This document shows positions 1-9,467 of a DNA stretch of 64,000 nucleotides, in pieces; position 1 is the stretch's first letter; every line of letters begins with the position of its first letter. Location of the stretch: positions 1 to 64,000 of the IMG/VR virus record IMGVR_UViG_3300042876_000902; one strand, written 5' to 3'. This DNA is from a virus. Below the pieces are notes generated by a model that saw only the letters and a program-made list of their open reading frames with translations, searched no databases and was not told where the DNA came from. Made by a program: the position numbers and the translations under genes.

Positions 1-118
1 CATCACTTTGCGCAACCCCAGTTAGTTCATGACGAGATTCCCTAGCCTTTTAGAGGTGCTTCGATGTAGGATGCAGGCCACACGGGTCACCTGGTGATCC
101 ATGAGTGGAGGTAGTGAT

Positions 119-643
119 ATGCCGAAGGCCGGTGAGATCGGACGCTCCCGTCGGCGCAAGCCGAGCACCCTCAAGGAGCGGGAAGGCACGCTTCACGGAG
201 AGCGTGAGAACAAGGCTGCGCCCAAGATGCACCCGGGGATCCCCTCTCCGCCGCCGTACTTGGCGAAGGACGAGGCCGCCAACTGGGAGCGGTTCGCCGA
301 CGTGCTCCACAACAGCTACAAGATCCTCAGCAAGGAGCACTTCGCGCTCTTCGAGAGCCTCGTGACCGTCTACACCCACGTGCAGCGGCTCGACCAGGAG
401 ATCAGGGACAACGAGCTGACGGTCGAGACCACCCGCTTCGACAAGGGTGGGAACGCCATCACCACGCTCTCGATGCATCCCGCCTGGGCGGCCCGCCGCG
501 TGGCCGGGCAGGAGCTGCGCCAGCTCTGCGGTTCCTTCGGCCTCTCGCCCGCGGACATCGGTCGCGTGTCGAAGCTCACGCCCGACGACGGCGACGGCAA
601 GAAGGACCCTGACGACGAGTTCGGGCATCGCGGTGTTGCATGA
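119..643 (+). CDS. terS: Terminase small subunit (P27-family-like)
   Basis: KPSTLK..EG N-terminus, PPPYL..A..W, and HPAW...FGLSPA..RV C-terminus typical of P27 TerS; GGAGG RBS before ATG 119; ATGA overlap with the large subunit. Confidence 0.85.
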   Translation: MPKAGEIGRSRRRKPSTLKEREGTLHGERENKAAPKMHPGIPSPPPYLAKDEAANWERFADVLHNSYKILSKEHFALFESLVTVYTHVQRLDQEIRDNELTVETTRFDKGGNAITTLSMHPAWAARRVAGQELRQLCGSFGLSPADIGRVSKLTPDDGDGKKDPDDEFGHRGVA

Positions 644-2700
644 AGGCCAAGAAGCTCAGCGGCAAGAGCAAGAAGGTCGCCGCATCGAAGGACGCACGCA
701 AGAAGCTCGCACCGATGAAGTTCGGTGGGGCGAAGCCGCGCAAGCAGCGCCACGTTCCGCAGCGCACGTTCCCTCGCTTGAGCGAGGGCGACGATGCCTC
801 TGGGCCTCCGGACGTTCGCACCGAGCCCCGGACCGAGGGCGCTCCCGCGCCAACCCCACCCCCTCCGTCGCCCGCCAAGAGCTTCATCAAGGACCGAGCA
901 CCGCGCGACCACGTCGCGATGGCGCTCGAGTACGCACGAGCGGTGGTCGACGGCACCATTGACGCGTGTGTCTACGTCCGCCAAGCATGTGCGAGGCAGA
1001 TCAACGACCTCGACCGCCTGGTCAGTGACCCCTCGTTCGCAGCTCTCTACACGTGGGACCCGGAGCGCGCGGGGCGCGTCTGCAGGTTCGTCGAGCGGCT
1101 GCCGCACGTCAAGGGCCCGAAGGCATCGGCCCACGAGCTGATCGTGCTCGAGGGTTGGCAGTGCTTCATCCTGACTACCGTCTTCGGGTGGCGGCGGCTC
1201 GACACGGGTGGTCGCCGGTTCCGCCGCGTCTACACCGAGGTGCCGCGGGGCAACGCCAAGTCGACCCTCTCGTCGGGCGTCGGCCTCTACTGCACCGCGG
1301 AGGACGGCGAGGAGGGCGCCGAGGTCTACTCCGCAGCGACCACGCGCGACCAGGCCAAGATCGTGTGGGGCGACGCCGCCGCGATGCTCAAGAAGCGCCC
1401 CGACTTCGCGCAGAAGATCGGGATGACCGTCCCGCGGTCGACGCTCGGCCTTGCGACGATGCAGCACCCGATGACCAACTCCAAGTTCGAGCCGCTGTCG
1501 CGCGAGTCGACGACGATGGACGGCAAGAACCTGCACGTCGCCATCGTCGACGAGCTGCACGCTCACAAGGACCGCGGCATCTATGACGTGCTCGAGACCG
1601 CGATGGCCAAGCGGTTCTCGTCCATGATGTGGATCATCACCACTGCGGGTTCCGACACCGCGGGCATCTGCTACGAGGTCCGGAGCTACGTCGTCAAGGT
1701 GCTCACCGGCGTCGTCGAGGACGAGAGTCAGTTCGGCATCGTCTACACGATCGACGAGGATGACGACTGGACCGACCCGAAGGTGTGGAAGAAGGCCAAC
1801 CCGAACTGGGGTGTGTCGGTGATGCCCGACGCCTTCGAGCAGCTCGCTCAGAAGGCGATGCAGGTTCTCTCCGCCCAGAACAACTTCAAGACGAAGCACC
1901 TCAACATCTGGGTGAACGCCGACGTCGCCCTCTTCGACATGGCGGCGTGGGACCGTTGCGGGAACCCCGAGCTGCGCGAGGAGGACTTCAAGGGGCAGGA
2001 GTGTGTGGCGGCCATCGACCTGGCCTCGAAGACCGACATGGCAGCGAAGGCCAAGATCTTCAAGCGAATGGAGCCGCGCGCCGACGAGTGCGAGTCGTGC
2101 GGGCAGGCCGTCGGCGGCGCCGCCGGGCCGTCATGCGAGACGAAGGAGCATCACGGCGAGACCGAAGCTCACTTCTACGGGTTTCTCCGCTGCTACCTTC
2201 CCGAGGCCGCACTCCACGACGGGCGCAACGCGAGCTACGAGGGGTGGGCGCTCGACGAGCGTAGGTTCCTTGTGACCACGCCCGGCGATGTCATCGACTT
2301 CGAGGTCATCAAGGCCGACGTGCTCGAGGACCGGGACAACCACATCATCCTCGAGCTGGGCTTCGACCCATGGCAGGCGCAGATGCTCGCCAATCAGCTC
2401 GCGGCCGAGGCCATCGTCTGCACCGAGATCCGCGCGACGGTCGCGAACTTCTCCGCACCGACGAAGGAGTTGGGCGCGCTGATGCTCCAAGGCAGGTTCC
2501 ACCACGACGTCAACCCGGTGGCTCGCTGGATGGTGTCGAACTGCGTCGGCCACTACGACGCGAAGGAGAACGTGTACCCGCGGAAGGAGCGGCCGGAGAA
2601 CAAGATCGACGGTGTCATTGCCTTCATCATGGCGCTGTCGCGGCTCATCCTGCAGCCGGAGTCGCCATACTCGCCGACGCGCGGTTTCCTATCACTCTAG
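640..2700 (+). CDS. terL: Terminase large subunit
   Basis: Walker A VPRGNAKST, Walker B AIVDELH, coupling motif ITTAG, nuclease motifs IDLAS and KIDGVIA. Confidence 0.97.
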   Translation: MKAKKLSGKSKKVAASKDARKKLAPMKFGGAKPRKQRHVPQRTFPRLSEGDDASGPPDVRTEPRTEGAPAPTPPPPSPAKSFIKDRAPRDHVAMALEYARAVVDGTIDACVYVRQACARQINDLDRLVSDPSFAALYTWDPERAGRVCRFVERLPHVKGPKASAHELIVLEGWQCFILTTVFGWRRLDTGGRRFRRVYTEVPRGNAKSTLSSGVGLYCTAEDGEEGAEVYSAATTRDQAKIVWGDAAAMLKKRPDFAQKIGMTVPRSTLGLATMQHPMTNSKFEPLSRESTTMDGKNLHVAIVDELHAHKDRGIYDVLETAMAKRFSSMMWIITTAGSDTAGICYEVRSYVVKVLTGVVEDESQFGIVYTIDEDDDWTDPKVWKKANPNWGVSVMPDAFEQLAQKAMQVLSAQNNFKTKHLNIWVNADVALFDMAAWDRCGNPELREEDFKGQECVAAIDLASKTDMAAKAKIFKRMEPRADECESCGQAVGGAAGPSCETKEHHGETEAHFYGFLRCYLPEAALHDGRNASYEGWALDERRFLVTTPGDVIDFEVIKADVLEDRDNHIILELGFDPWQAQMLANQLAAEAIVCTEIRATVANFSAPTKELGALMLQGRFHHDVNPVARWMVSNCVGHYDAKENVYPRKERPENKIDGVIAFIMALSRLILQPESPYSPTRGFLSL

Positions 2701-2827
2701 GTGCTGTTACCCCGTTGGGTAGTTGTGATATGTAAGTGCTGATGCATACTGGACATCTCCGGTCCAGCGTGGGACGCTCTGCGCGTAGGCTCGGCGGACG
2801 CGCCGAAGCCGTTGAAGGGGCCCTGAC

Positions 2828-3130
2828 ATGACTCGCAAGCGCTACTTCGGGGAGGACATCTCCTCAGAAGACATCAACAAGCCAGGCGGCATCGCCGGGC
2901 TCGACAGCACCGGTCGCGTGCCGGTGGAGAAGCTGCCGTTCACCACCGCCGCGTCCCAAGAGGACAGCGTCGCGAGCGACGTCGCTGGCGTGCGCGACGA
3001 CCTCAACGCGCTCATCGCGAAGCTGCGAGCGGCGGGCCTGATGGACCCGACCACCACCACCACGACGTCGACCACGACCACGTCGACGACGACCACCACG
3101 TCGACGACCACGACCACGTCGGGCGGGTGA
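2828..3130 (+). CDS. Head fibre/decoration-like protein with C-terminal poly-Thr/Ser tail
   Basis: SQEDSVASDVAGVRDDLNALIAKLRAAGLM resembles small phage head-fibre trimerisation segments; ends PTTTTTTSTTTTSTTTTTSTTTTTSGG. Confidence 0.6.
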   Translation: MTRKRYFGEDISSEDINKPGGIAGLDSTGRVPVEKLPFTTAASQEDSVASDVAGVRDDLNALIAKLRAAGLMDPTTTTTTSTTTTSTTTTTSTTTTTSGG

Positions 3131-3135
3131 CCGTC

Positions 3136-3303
3136 ATGAAGAGGAGGGTGTTTCAAGTCGTTGCCGCCGACCTCATCGCGGTCGGCGGCATCGGTGCGTT
3201 CGGGTACGGGCTCTACCGCGTTGCCGGTCTGGGCGTGTGCCTCATGGTGGTCGGTGTCATCGCAGCGGCGGTCGGCATCATGCTCGACCGCAACGCGAGG
3301 TGA
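3136..3303 (+). CDS. Small two-TM membrane protein preceding portal (55 aa, not in ORF track)
   Basis: Manual translation MKRRVFQVVAADLIAVGGIGAFGYGLYRVAGLGVCLMVVGVIAAAVGIMLDRNAR; fills the gap exactly; a position commonly occupied in HK97-like head modules. Confidence 0.7.
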   Translation: MKRRVFQVVAADLIAVGGIGAFGYGLYRVAGLGVCLMVVGVIAAAVGIMLDRNAR

Positions 3304-3304
3304 T

Positions 3305-5017
3305 ATGTTCGCCAGGGCACTCGCCAAACTGTTCTCGCCTCGGTCGTGGGGCGACGTCCGACCGGACGACCCGGCTCGCTACCTGCGGTACCTTCCGGTG
3401 CCGCAGCTCCCCTCGAACCTGCAGTTCACAATGGACACGGCGCTGCAGCTCAGCGTCGTGTGGGCGTGCGTCGACGTCATCGCGAAGGCCATCGCGGCGA
3501 GCTACTGGGACGTGCGCCGACGCGACGGGAAGAACTGGGTGGAGGCGCCCGACGACCCACTCGACTGGGTGCTGAACGTCCGGCCGAACCCGGAGATGAC
3601 CGGCATCGGCTGGCGCGAGTGCATGCTGTACGCAGGCATCACCTGGGGCAACGCGTACAGCGAGATCGTCTTCGACCGGGCCAATCGGGTTAAGGAGCTG
3701 TGGCCGCTGCTCCCGGAGCGGATGACACCACGCCGCCGCCCTGACAAGGTCGGGTCGTTGTACTACGACTACTACACGCTCGACGGTCAGCACATCGAGC
3801 TGGAGCCACGCCAGGTCTTCCACCTCAAGGGCCCGAGCATCACCGGACTGATGGGCGAGAACGTGGTCGCCCGCGCCGCCAAGTCCATCTCGCTCGCCAT
3901 CGCCGCTGAGCGGTTCGCCCTGAGCTTCTACGGCAACAACGGCATCGTCGGCTCCCGCCTCGTCTACCCCGGGAAGCTCGACCCCGCCACCCACCAGCGG
4001 CTCCGCGACGAGTGGGACGAGAAGCGGCAGGGCGCCGACAAGGCGCACAAGCCGATGATCCTCGAAGGTGGGATGAAGCTCGAGCAGGACACCCCCGACG
4101 CAGGCTCGACCGCGATGGTCGAGTCTCGCACGTTCCAGGTGGAGGAGATCTGCCGGTGGTTCGGCGTCCCGCCGCACAAGGTCCAGCACCTGATGCGCGC
4201 GACGTTCAATAACATCGAGCACCTCGGCCTCGAGTTCACGCGCGACGCACTCGTCCCGTGGGCGAAGCGGCTGGAGCAGGAGGCTGACTTCAAGCTCTTC
4301 AGTGACCGCGGTCCGCGCCGGTCCACGAAGCTCGACACGACCTGGCTGTCGCAGGGTGACAACGAGAGCCGCGCGAAGGCGGCCGTGTCGTGGCGCTCCG
4401 CGGGCGTCAAGACGGCCAACGAGATCCGCCACGAGGAGGGGCTCAACCCGCTCACCGGTCCCGAGGGCGACGTCGTGCTGGTCGGCTCTGGGATGAAGAC
4501 CATCAAGACCGTCCTCAAGGAGGAGGAGCAGGTCGGGAAGCAGCCCGCGCTGAAGGCACTCCCGCCCGGTGCACAGCCCGAGGACCCGGAGAAGGACGGC
4601 GAGGAGGATGCCTCCAAGACCAAGCAGGAGGGCGACAAGGCCAAGAAGGCGCCGAAGCCCGCCACCGACCGCGTGCAGCAGGTTGTGCGAGACGCGGCTG
4701 TTGCCCTCTTCGCCTCCGCCATCGATCGGTACAATCGCCGCCTCTCCAACCGGCAGGCCGACCTCGAGCGACACGGACACACCAAGGACAAGGTGCTCGA
4801 GAACCTCTCGCAGGAGAAGGACCGCCTCCGCCCGTGGCTCATCAAGGAGTGTGAGCGCGCTGTGGCCATCGTGAAGCAGGCATCGGGTGGTTCGACGATG
4901 GACGAGACCGATATCCTCGTGGCCGCGGACGCGGTCGACAACGGAGAGACACCGCACGTCGCCGCCGAGCGGCTGGTCTCCACGTACTTCGCGGCGACGG
5001 AGGTGGCACGTGGGTGA
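3305..5017 (+). CDS. Portal protein, HK97 family, with C-terminal extension
   Basis: ALQLSVVWACVDVIA, LNVRPNPEMT, GNAY, EEICRWFGVPPHKV, ATFNNIEH, TANEIR..EGLNP; start taken at ATG 3305 (MFARAL) after GAGG. Confidence 0.96.
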   Translation: MFARALAKLFSPRSWGDVRPDDPARYLRYLPVPQLPSNLQFTMDTALQLSVVWACVDVIAKAIAASYWDVRRRDGKNWVEAPDDPLDWVLNVRPNPEMTGIGWRECMLYAGITWGNAYSEIVFDRANRVKELWPLLPERMTPRRRPDKVGSLYYDYYTLDGQHIELEPRQVFHLKGPSITGLMGENVVARAAKSISLAIAAERFALSFYGNNGIVGSRLVYPGKLDPATHQRLRDEWDEKRQGADKAHKPMILEGGMKLEQDTPDAGSTAMVESRTFQVEEICRWFGVPPHKVQHLMRATFNNIEHLGLEFTRDALVPWAKRLEQEADFKLFSDRGPRRSTKLDTTWLSQGDNESRAKAAVSWRSAGVKTANEIRHEEGLNPLTGPEGDVVLVGSGMKTIKTVLKEEEQVGKQPALKALPPGAQPEDPEKDGEEDASKTKQEGDKAKKAPKPATDRVQQVVRDAAVALFASAIDRYNRRLSNRQADLERHGHTKDKVLENLSQEKDRLRPWLIKECERAVAIVKQASGGSTMDETDILVAADAVDNGETPHVAAERLVSTYFAATEVARG

Positions 5018-5348
5018 CTTCAGGATCACGGTCGAGGGCGTGGGCAACCACGGCTGCGGCCGGCAGGCGAAGAGCGGCGAAGTGGTCGAGCGGTGCGGCG
5101 TGCCCAATTGCGTCGACTGTCTCGCGCTCGAGTTCGTGAAGAAGCTGATGGAGACCGGCGCCGCAATGGTGAAGTGCGACGACGGGATGGTGGCCCGGCT
5201 CGAGCACTGGCCGATCCGCGACGTGAACGGCAGGCGTAAGCGCGACAACAGCGCCGTCGGACCGGTCGACGACCTGATCGACGGCACCCGCCGCGGGTCG
5301 TTCGAGGTGTCCGGCCCCAGTGGTTGCCTCACCGAGAAGGAGGAGTGA
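5010..5348 (+). CDS. Hypothetical protein with Cys/His cluster
   Basis: GTG start after GGAGG; NHGC...CGVPNCVDC; fills the gap between portal and protease. Confidence 0.6.
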   Translation: MGDFRITVEGVGNHGCGRQAKSGEVVERCGVPNCVDCLALEFVKKLMETGAAMVKCDDGMVARLEHWPIRDVNGRRKRDNSAVGPVDDLIDGTRRGSFEVSGPSGCLTEKEE

Positions 5349-5350
5349 CC

Positions 5351-6355
5351 ATGGCCTACAACCCGCGGCAGCACCTCGTCAAGGGACACCGGTTCTTCGC
5401 CCGCACCGCAGCGCCGAAGGCGGGCGCGAAGGAGGGGCACCTCTACGTTTACGACGTCATCGGCGACGGGTGGTTCGGTGGCGTGTCCGCCAAGCAGGTG
5501 GCCGACGCCCTCGACGACATGGGCGAGGTGAAGACGCTCCACATCTACATCAACTCCCCCGGTGGCAGCGTCTTCGAGGCCAACGCCATCTTCGAGAACA
5601 TCCGCAGGCATTCCGCCCGCAAGGTCGTCCACGTGGACGGGCTCGCCGCGTCGGCCGCCTCCGTCCTCGCGATGGTCGGCGACGAGGTCATCACCTCGTC
5701 CGGCGCGATGTGGATGATCCATGACCCGTGGAGCATCGCGATCGGGAACAAGGCGGACATGCTCGCCGCCGCCGAGATGCTCGACAAGGTCCGTGGCACG
5801 CTCGTCGACCGCTACGCCGCGCGGACGAAGCAGCCGAAGGACACCATCTCGAAGTGGATGGAGGACGAGACCTGGATGTCCGCGGCGGAGGCCAAGGAGC
5901 GCGGCTTCACCGACTCCATCACCGAGGAGGAGGGCGTCGAGGAGGAGGACGACGACGCCAACGGCACGCTCGCGTTCCTCGACAACTACAAGAAGACGCC
6001 CGACGCGCTCCGCGCGAAGGCGCGCGACACGCGTACGCTCCTCGCCCGGATGGAGATGAGCCTCGCGAAGCGCGGCATCCGGGCGGAGGACCCCGACGAG
6101 GACGAGGAGGATGACGAGGACGTCGAGGACAAGGGAGACTGCCCGGACTGCAAGGACGCAGCCGTGAAGGGATGCGGGTGCTGCGCGTCGTGCCACGGGT
6201 CCGCCGCGAAGGCGAAGAAGTGCGACTGCTCGTCGAAGGACAAGAAGCCCTGCGGCTCGTGCTGCGCGGGGTGCAAGACGGAGCACAAGGCGAAGAGCAA
6301 GACCAGCCGGGCCAGCCCGGCGGGGAAGGACCCCGGCCAGCCGGGCAAGAAGTGA
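5351..6355 (+). CDS. Prohead maturation protease, ClpP-like, with acidic and Cys-rich C-terminal tail
   Basis: INSPGGSVF, DGLAASAAS (catalytic Ser), MIHDP (His), ETWMSAAEA..GF.D; located between portal and capsid. Confidence 0.95.
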   Translation: MAYNPRQHLVKGHRFFARTAAPKAGAKEGHLYVYDVIGDGWFGGVSAKQVADALDDMGEVKTLHIYINSPGGSVFEANAIFENIRRHSARKVVHVDGLAASAASVLAMVGDEVITSSGAMWMIHDPWSIAIGNKADMLAAAEMLDKVRGTLVDRYAARTKQPKDTISKWMEDETWMSAAEAKERGFTDSITEEEGVEEEDDDANGTLAFLDNYKKTPDALRAKARDTRTLLARMEMSLAKRGIRAEDPDEDEEDDEDVEDKGDCPDCKDAAVKGCGCCASCHGSAAKAKKCDCSSKDKKPCGSCCAGCKTEHKAKSKTSRASPAGKDPGQPGKK

Positions 6356-6387
6356 ACCGCAGCGAACCACACGGAAGGGAGAACCAG

Positions 6388-7785
6388 ATGCGAATCATCG
6401 AGAAGCTGCTGGCCATGGTCTTCGCGACCAGTCAGCAGGTGGCGATCGAGGAGCTGAACAACAAGCTCCTCACGCTGAACGAGGAGGCGAAGTCCATCCG
6501 GGCGGCGGCCGACGCCGACAAGCGCCAGCTCACCGACCAGGAGGAGCAGCAGCTCCAGCAGATCTTCGTGGCCTTCCAGGCCACCGAGGGTGAGATCGCG
6601 CAGCGCGAGACCCTCGAGAAGATGGAGAACAAGCTCGCGCAGCCCGCGGGCCGCCGCGTCCCTCCGCAGGACCCCAACGCCCCCGCAGCCGTCCACGAGG
6701 ACGAGCCGCGCCGCCCGGCGCGCACCTTCACCGACACGACCACCGCGAAGGGCAGCTGGGGCTGGCGGTCCTTCGGTGAGTTCGCCCTCGCCGTCCGCAA
6801 CGCGCCGCGCGGCAAGGTGGACCCCCGCCTCGTCGGCAACGCGCCCTCCCCGCTCACCTCCGAGGGTGCCGGCGCCGACGGCGGCTTCACCGTCCCGCCC
6901 GACTTCCGCACGGAGATCGTGACGAAGATCATGGCGGAGGACTCCATCCTCGGCCGCACCGACGGCCAGACCACCACGTCCAACCAGCTCACCGTCCCGG
7001 TCGACGAGACCACGCCGTGGCAGTCCACCGGCGGCATCCAGGCGTACTGGGAGGGGGAGGCCGCGCAGATCAGCGCGTCGAAGGTCGCCCTCAACTCCGT
7101 CACCGTCCGCGCGTACAAGCTCGCCGCCCTCGTGCCCGTCACCGACGAGCTGCTCGAGGACGCTTCCTCGCTCGCGAACTACCTGCGCAAGAAGACCCCG
7201 CAGAAGTTCGACTTCAAGATCAACGACGCGATCATCAACGGCGACGGCGTCGGCAAGCCGAAGGGCGTGATGGCCTCGGCGTTCAAGGTCTCGGTGGCGA
7301 AGGAGCTGAACCAGACGGCGGCCACCGTCAACATCACCAACATCCAGAAGATGTGGTCGGCGATGTACGCCAAGTGGCGCGGCAACGCGGTGTGGCTCAT
7401 CAACCAGGACGTGGAGCCCCAGCTCCAGAGCCTGAAGATCGAGGGCGCGGCCTCGGGCGTGTTCCCGGCCTACCTGCCGCCCGGCGGGTACTCGTCCTCG
7501 CCGTACGCCACCCTGCTCGGCCGCCCGATCATCGTGACCGAGGCCTGCCAGGCGCTCGGCACCGAGGGCGACATCATCTTCGCCGACCTCTCGCAGTACC
7601 TCTCCGTCACGAAGACCGGCGGCATGCGGCAGGACGTGTCGATCCACCTCTGGTTCGACTACGACGTGACCGCGTTCCGCTTCATCATGCGCATCGGCGG
7701 GCAGCCGTGGTACAACACGCCGATCTCGCGGAAGAACAGCGCGAACACGCTGTCGGCCTTCGTCACCCTCGCCACCCGGTCGTAA
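6388..7785 (+). CDS. Major capsid protein, HK97 fold with N-terminal coiled-coil delta domain
   Basis: DGGFTVPPDF, WEGEA, KLAALVPVTDELLED, IINGDGVGKPKG, LLGRPI; ATG 6388 after GGGAG. Confidence 0.96.
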   Translation: MRIIEKLLAMVFATSQQVAIEELNNKLLTLNEEAKSIRAAADADKRQLTDQEEQQLQQIFVAFQATEGEIAQRETLEKMENKLAQPAGRRVPPQDPNAPAAVHEDEPRRPARTFTDTTTAKGSWGWRSFGEFALAVRNAPRGKVDPRLVGNAPSPLTSEGAGADGGFTVPPDFRTEIVTKIMAEDSILGRTDGQTTTSNQLTVPVDETTPWQSTGGIQAYWEGEAAQISASKVALNSVTVRAYKLAALVPVTDELLEDASSLANYLRKKTPQKFDFKINDAIINGDGVGKPKGVMASAFKVSVAKELNQTAATVNITNIQKMWSAMYAKWRGNAVWLINQDVEPQLQSLKIEGAASGVFPAYLPPGGYSSSPYATLLGRPIIVTEACQALGTEGDIIFADLSQYLSVTKTGGMRQDVSIHLWFDYDVTAFRFIMRIGGQPWYNTPISRKNSANTLSAFVTLATRS

Positions 7786-7809
7786 CAAGACCACGCAAGG
7801 AGAACTGAC

Positions 7810-8262
7810 ATGAGCGCCAACAGCAACGTGAAGCCCAAGGCCATCTTCCCCGTCCTCGGCGCTGACACCGCGGGGGCCAACGGAGCCCCGGTGTCCGTCG
7901 CCGCGGCCGGTACCCTCAAGACCGGCTGGGTCGCGGTCGCCGGGTACCACTGGCTGTACCTCCTCGTCATGATCGGCGTCGTCGACGGCACCGGTGCGGT
8001 GACCTGGCAGCAGGCCACCGCGGCGGCCGGGACGAACGCGAAGGCACTCGAGGCCGACGAGTTCAACACCACCGACGGCGAGATGCACATCACGACCGGT
8101 GCGACGGACGACGGCAAGGTCAAGATGGCGTGCGGTCGCACCGACCGCCTCGACATCAACGGCGGGTTCACCCACGTCCAGGCGACCCTCACCGTGACCG
8201 GCGGAACCGGCTCGCTCTTCGCGATGGCGGTGCTCGGCGGCCCCGCCCCGTACCAGAGCTGA
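7810..8262 (+). CDS. Putative capsid decoration/cement protein
   Basis: Beta-rich 150 aa ORF immediately after the capsid gene, strong AAGGAG RBS, followed by a hairpin. Confidence 0.55.
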   Translation: MSANSNVKPKAIFPVLGADTAGANGAPVSVAAAGTLKTGWVAVAGYHWLYLLVMIGVVDGTGAVTWQQATAAAGTNAKALEADEFNTTDGEMHITTGATDDGKVKMACGRTDRLDINGGFTHVQATLTVTGGTGSLFAMAVLGGPAPYQS

Positions 8263-8271
8263 TGCCGGCCA

Positions 8272-8326
8272 GGGACACCCCCGCTCGTCCGGATGCTCTC
8301 CCCGGCCGGGCGGGGGTTCCCGTTTC
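8272..8326 (+). terminator. Probable intrinsic terminator/attenuator after capsid genes
   Basis: GC stem gggacacccccgctcgtccgg / ccggccgggcgggggttccc followed by gtttc. Confidence 0.55.
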
Positions 8327-8345
8327 AGTAGTGTGAGGAGGAACG

Positions 8346-9467
8346 ATGTCGACGGTCACGCGCACGGGCAAGACGATCTCGGGCATCACCAACTCCTCCG
8401 ACCCCGTCGCGACGTGCGTCGCGCATGGTCTCACGGCCGGGCAGACCGTCATCTTGATGGGCGCGCTGTTCGGCGCGAGCGGTGCGCTGCAGGTCGCCCC
8501 GCTCGACGGGCAGGTCTTCACGGTCGCCGTGCCAGACGTCGACCACTTCCAGCTCCTCGGAGCCGACACGAGTGCGCTCGCTGCGTGGGCGTCGGGCGGA
8601 GAGGTGCTGCTCACGCCAGCGACGACGGTCGCGCTGAGCCTCACGACCATCGAGAAGGTCAAGGGCGAGCTGAACCTGACGGGCAGGGCGGTCACCGCCA
8701 TCTCCGCGGCGAACCCCGGCGTCGTCACCTGCGTCGCGCACGAGTTCCAGCAGAACGACGAGGTCGTCATCTCGAAGGTGAGAGGGATGACCGAGCTGAA
8801 CGGTGTCACGGTCGTGGTCACCCCGATCGACGCCGACCATTTCTCCATCGGAATCGACACCTCCGCCTACACCGCCTACGCGGGCGGCGGGTTCGCAGCG
8901 GTCGAGGACGTGTACCTCGCCGAGCAGATCGTCGATCAGTCCGCATTCTTCATCAAGCAGATGGGCCGGGCGAGCCTCGCGCTCCCGCAGGAGCAGGTCG
9001 AGGTCCGCAGTGGCGACGGCGGCCGGAGCGTCACACCGTACATCCTGCCAATCCAGTCGGTCGTGAGCGTCACCATCGACAATCAGGTCGTGCCGCGCCG
9101 CCCGTTCCCCGGCGAGCCCGGGTGGATGTGGGACAACAACCGGGTGATGCTCGACGACTACGCCACGGGCAACCCCTTCCCGGGCGACTACGCACCCTAC
9201 TACGTGGACGGGTCTCGCTGGCGCTTCACGCGCGGCGTGGGCAACGTCGTCATCCGCTACCTCGCGGGCGTTGCGGTCCCCGACGACGTGAGCCGCGCGG
9301 TCACGGAGCTGGTGGCCTACCGCTATCGCAACCGCGACCGCATCGGCCTCCGCTCCCGCTCGCTCCCGGGCGGGCAGGGCGGAGAGCTGGTCACGTACAT
9401 GGTCGACGCCATCCCGCCGTCTGTGCAGGCTGTCCTCGAGCGCTACTACGTCCCGAGCATCTCGTGA
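8346..9467 (+). CDS. Head-tail connector (gp6-like) carrying two FCCH-like beta domains
   Basis: Two I(S/T)xI(T/S)xxxP.V.TCVAH...V...D.DHF...G.DTSA..A...GG repeats; connector elements LTTIEKVKGEL and RGVGNVVIRYLAG...PDDVSRAVTELVAYRYRNRDRIG. Confidence 0.75.
   Translation: MSTVTRTGKTISGITNSSDPVATCVAHGLTAGQTVILMGALFGASGALQVAPLDGQVFTVAVPDVDHFQLLGADTSALAAWASGGEVLLTPATTVALSLTTIEKVKGELNLTGRAVTAISAANPGVVTCVAHEFQQNDEVVISKVRGMTELNGVTVVVTPIDADHFSIGIDTSAYTAYAGGGFAAVEDVYLAEQIVDQSAFFIKQMGRASLALPQEQVEVRSGDGGRSVTPYILPIQSVVSVTIDNQVVPRRPFPGEPGWMWDNNRVMLDDYATGNPFPGDYAPYYVDGSRWRFTRGVGNVVIRYLAGVAVPDDVSRAVTELVAYRYRNRDRIGLRSRSLPGGQGGELVTYMVDAIPPSVQAVLERYYVPSIS

Noticed and set aside
2722-2750. Possible promoter TTGTGA-16bp-CATACT upstream of the head-fibre gene
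   Set aside because: Weak match; the AT-rich patch is suggestive but not enough to call.
8346-8900. FCCH-like repeats as evidence of a ubiquitin E1 system
   Set aside because: Only the small beta domain is present, with no adenylation domain, E2 or ubiquitin-like gene; the context is the virion neck.
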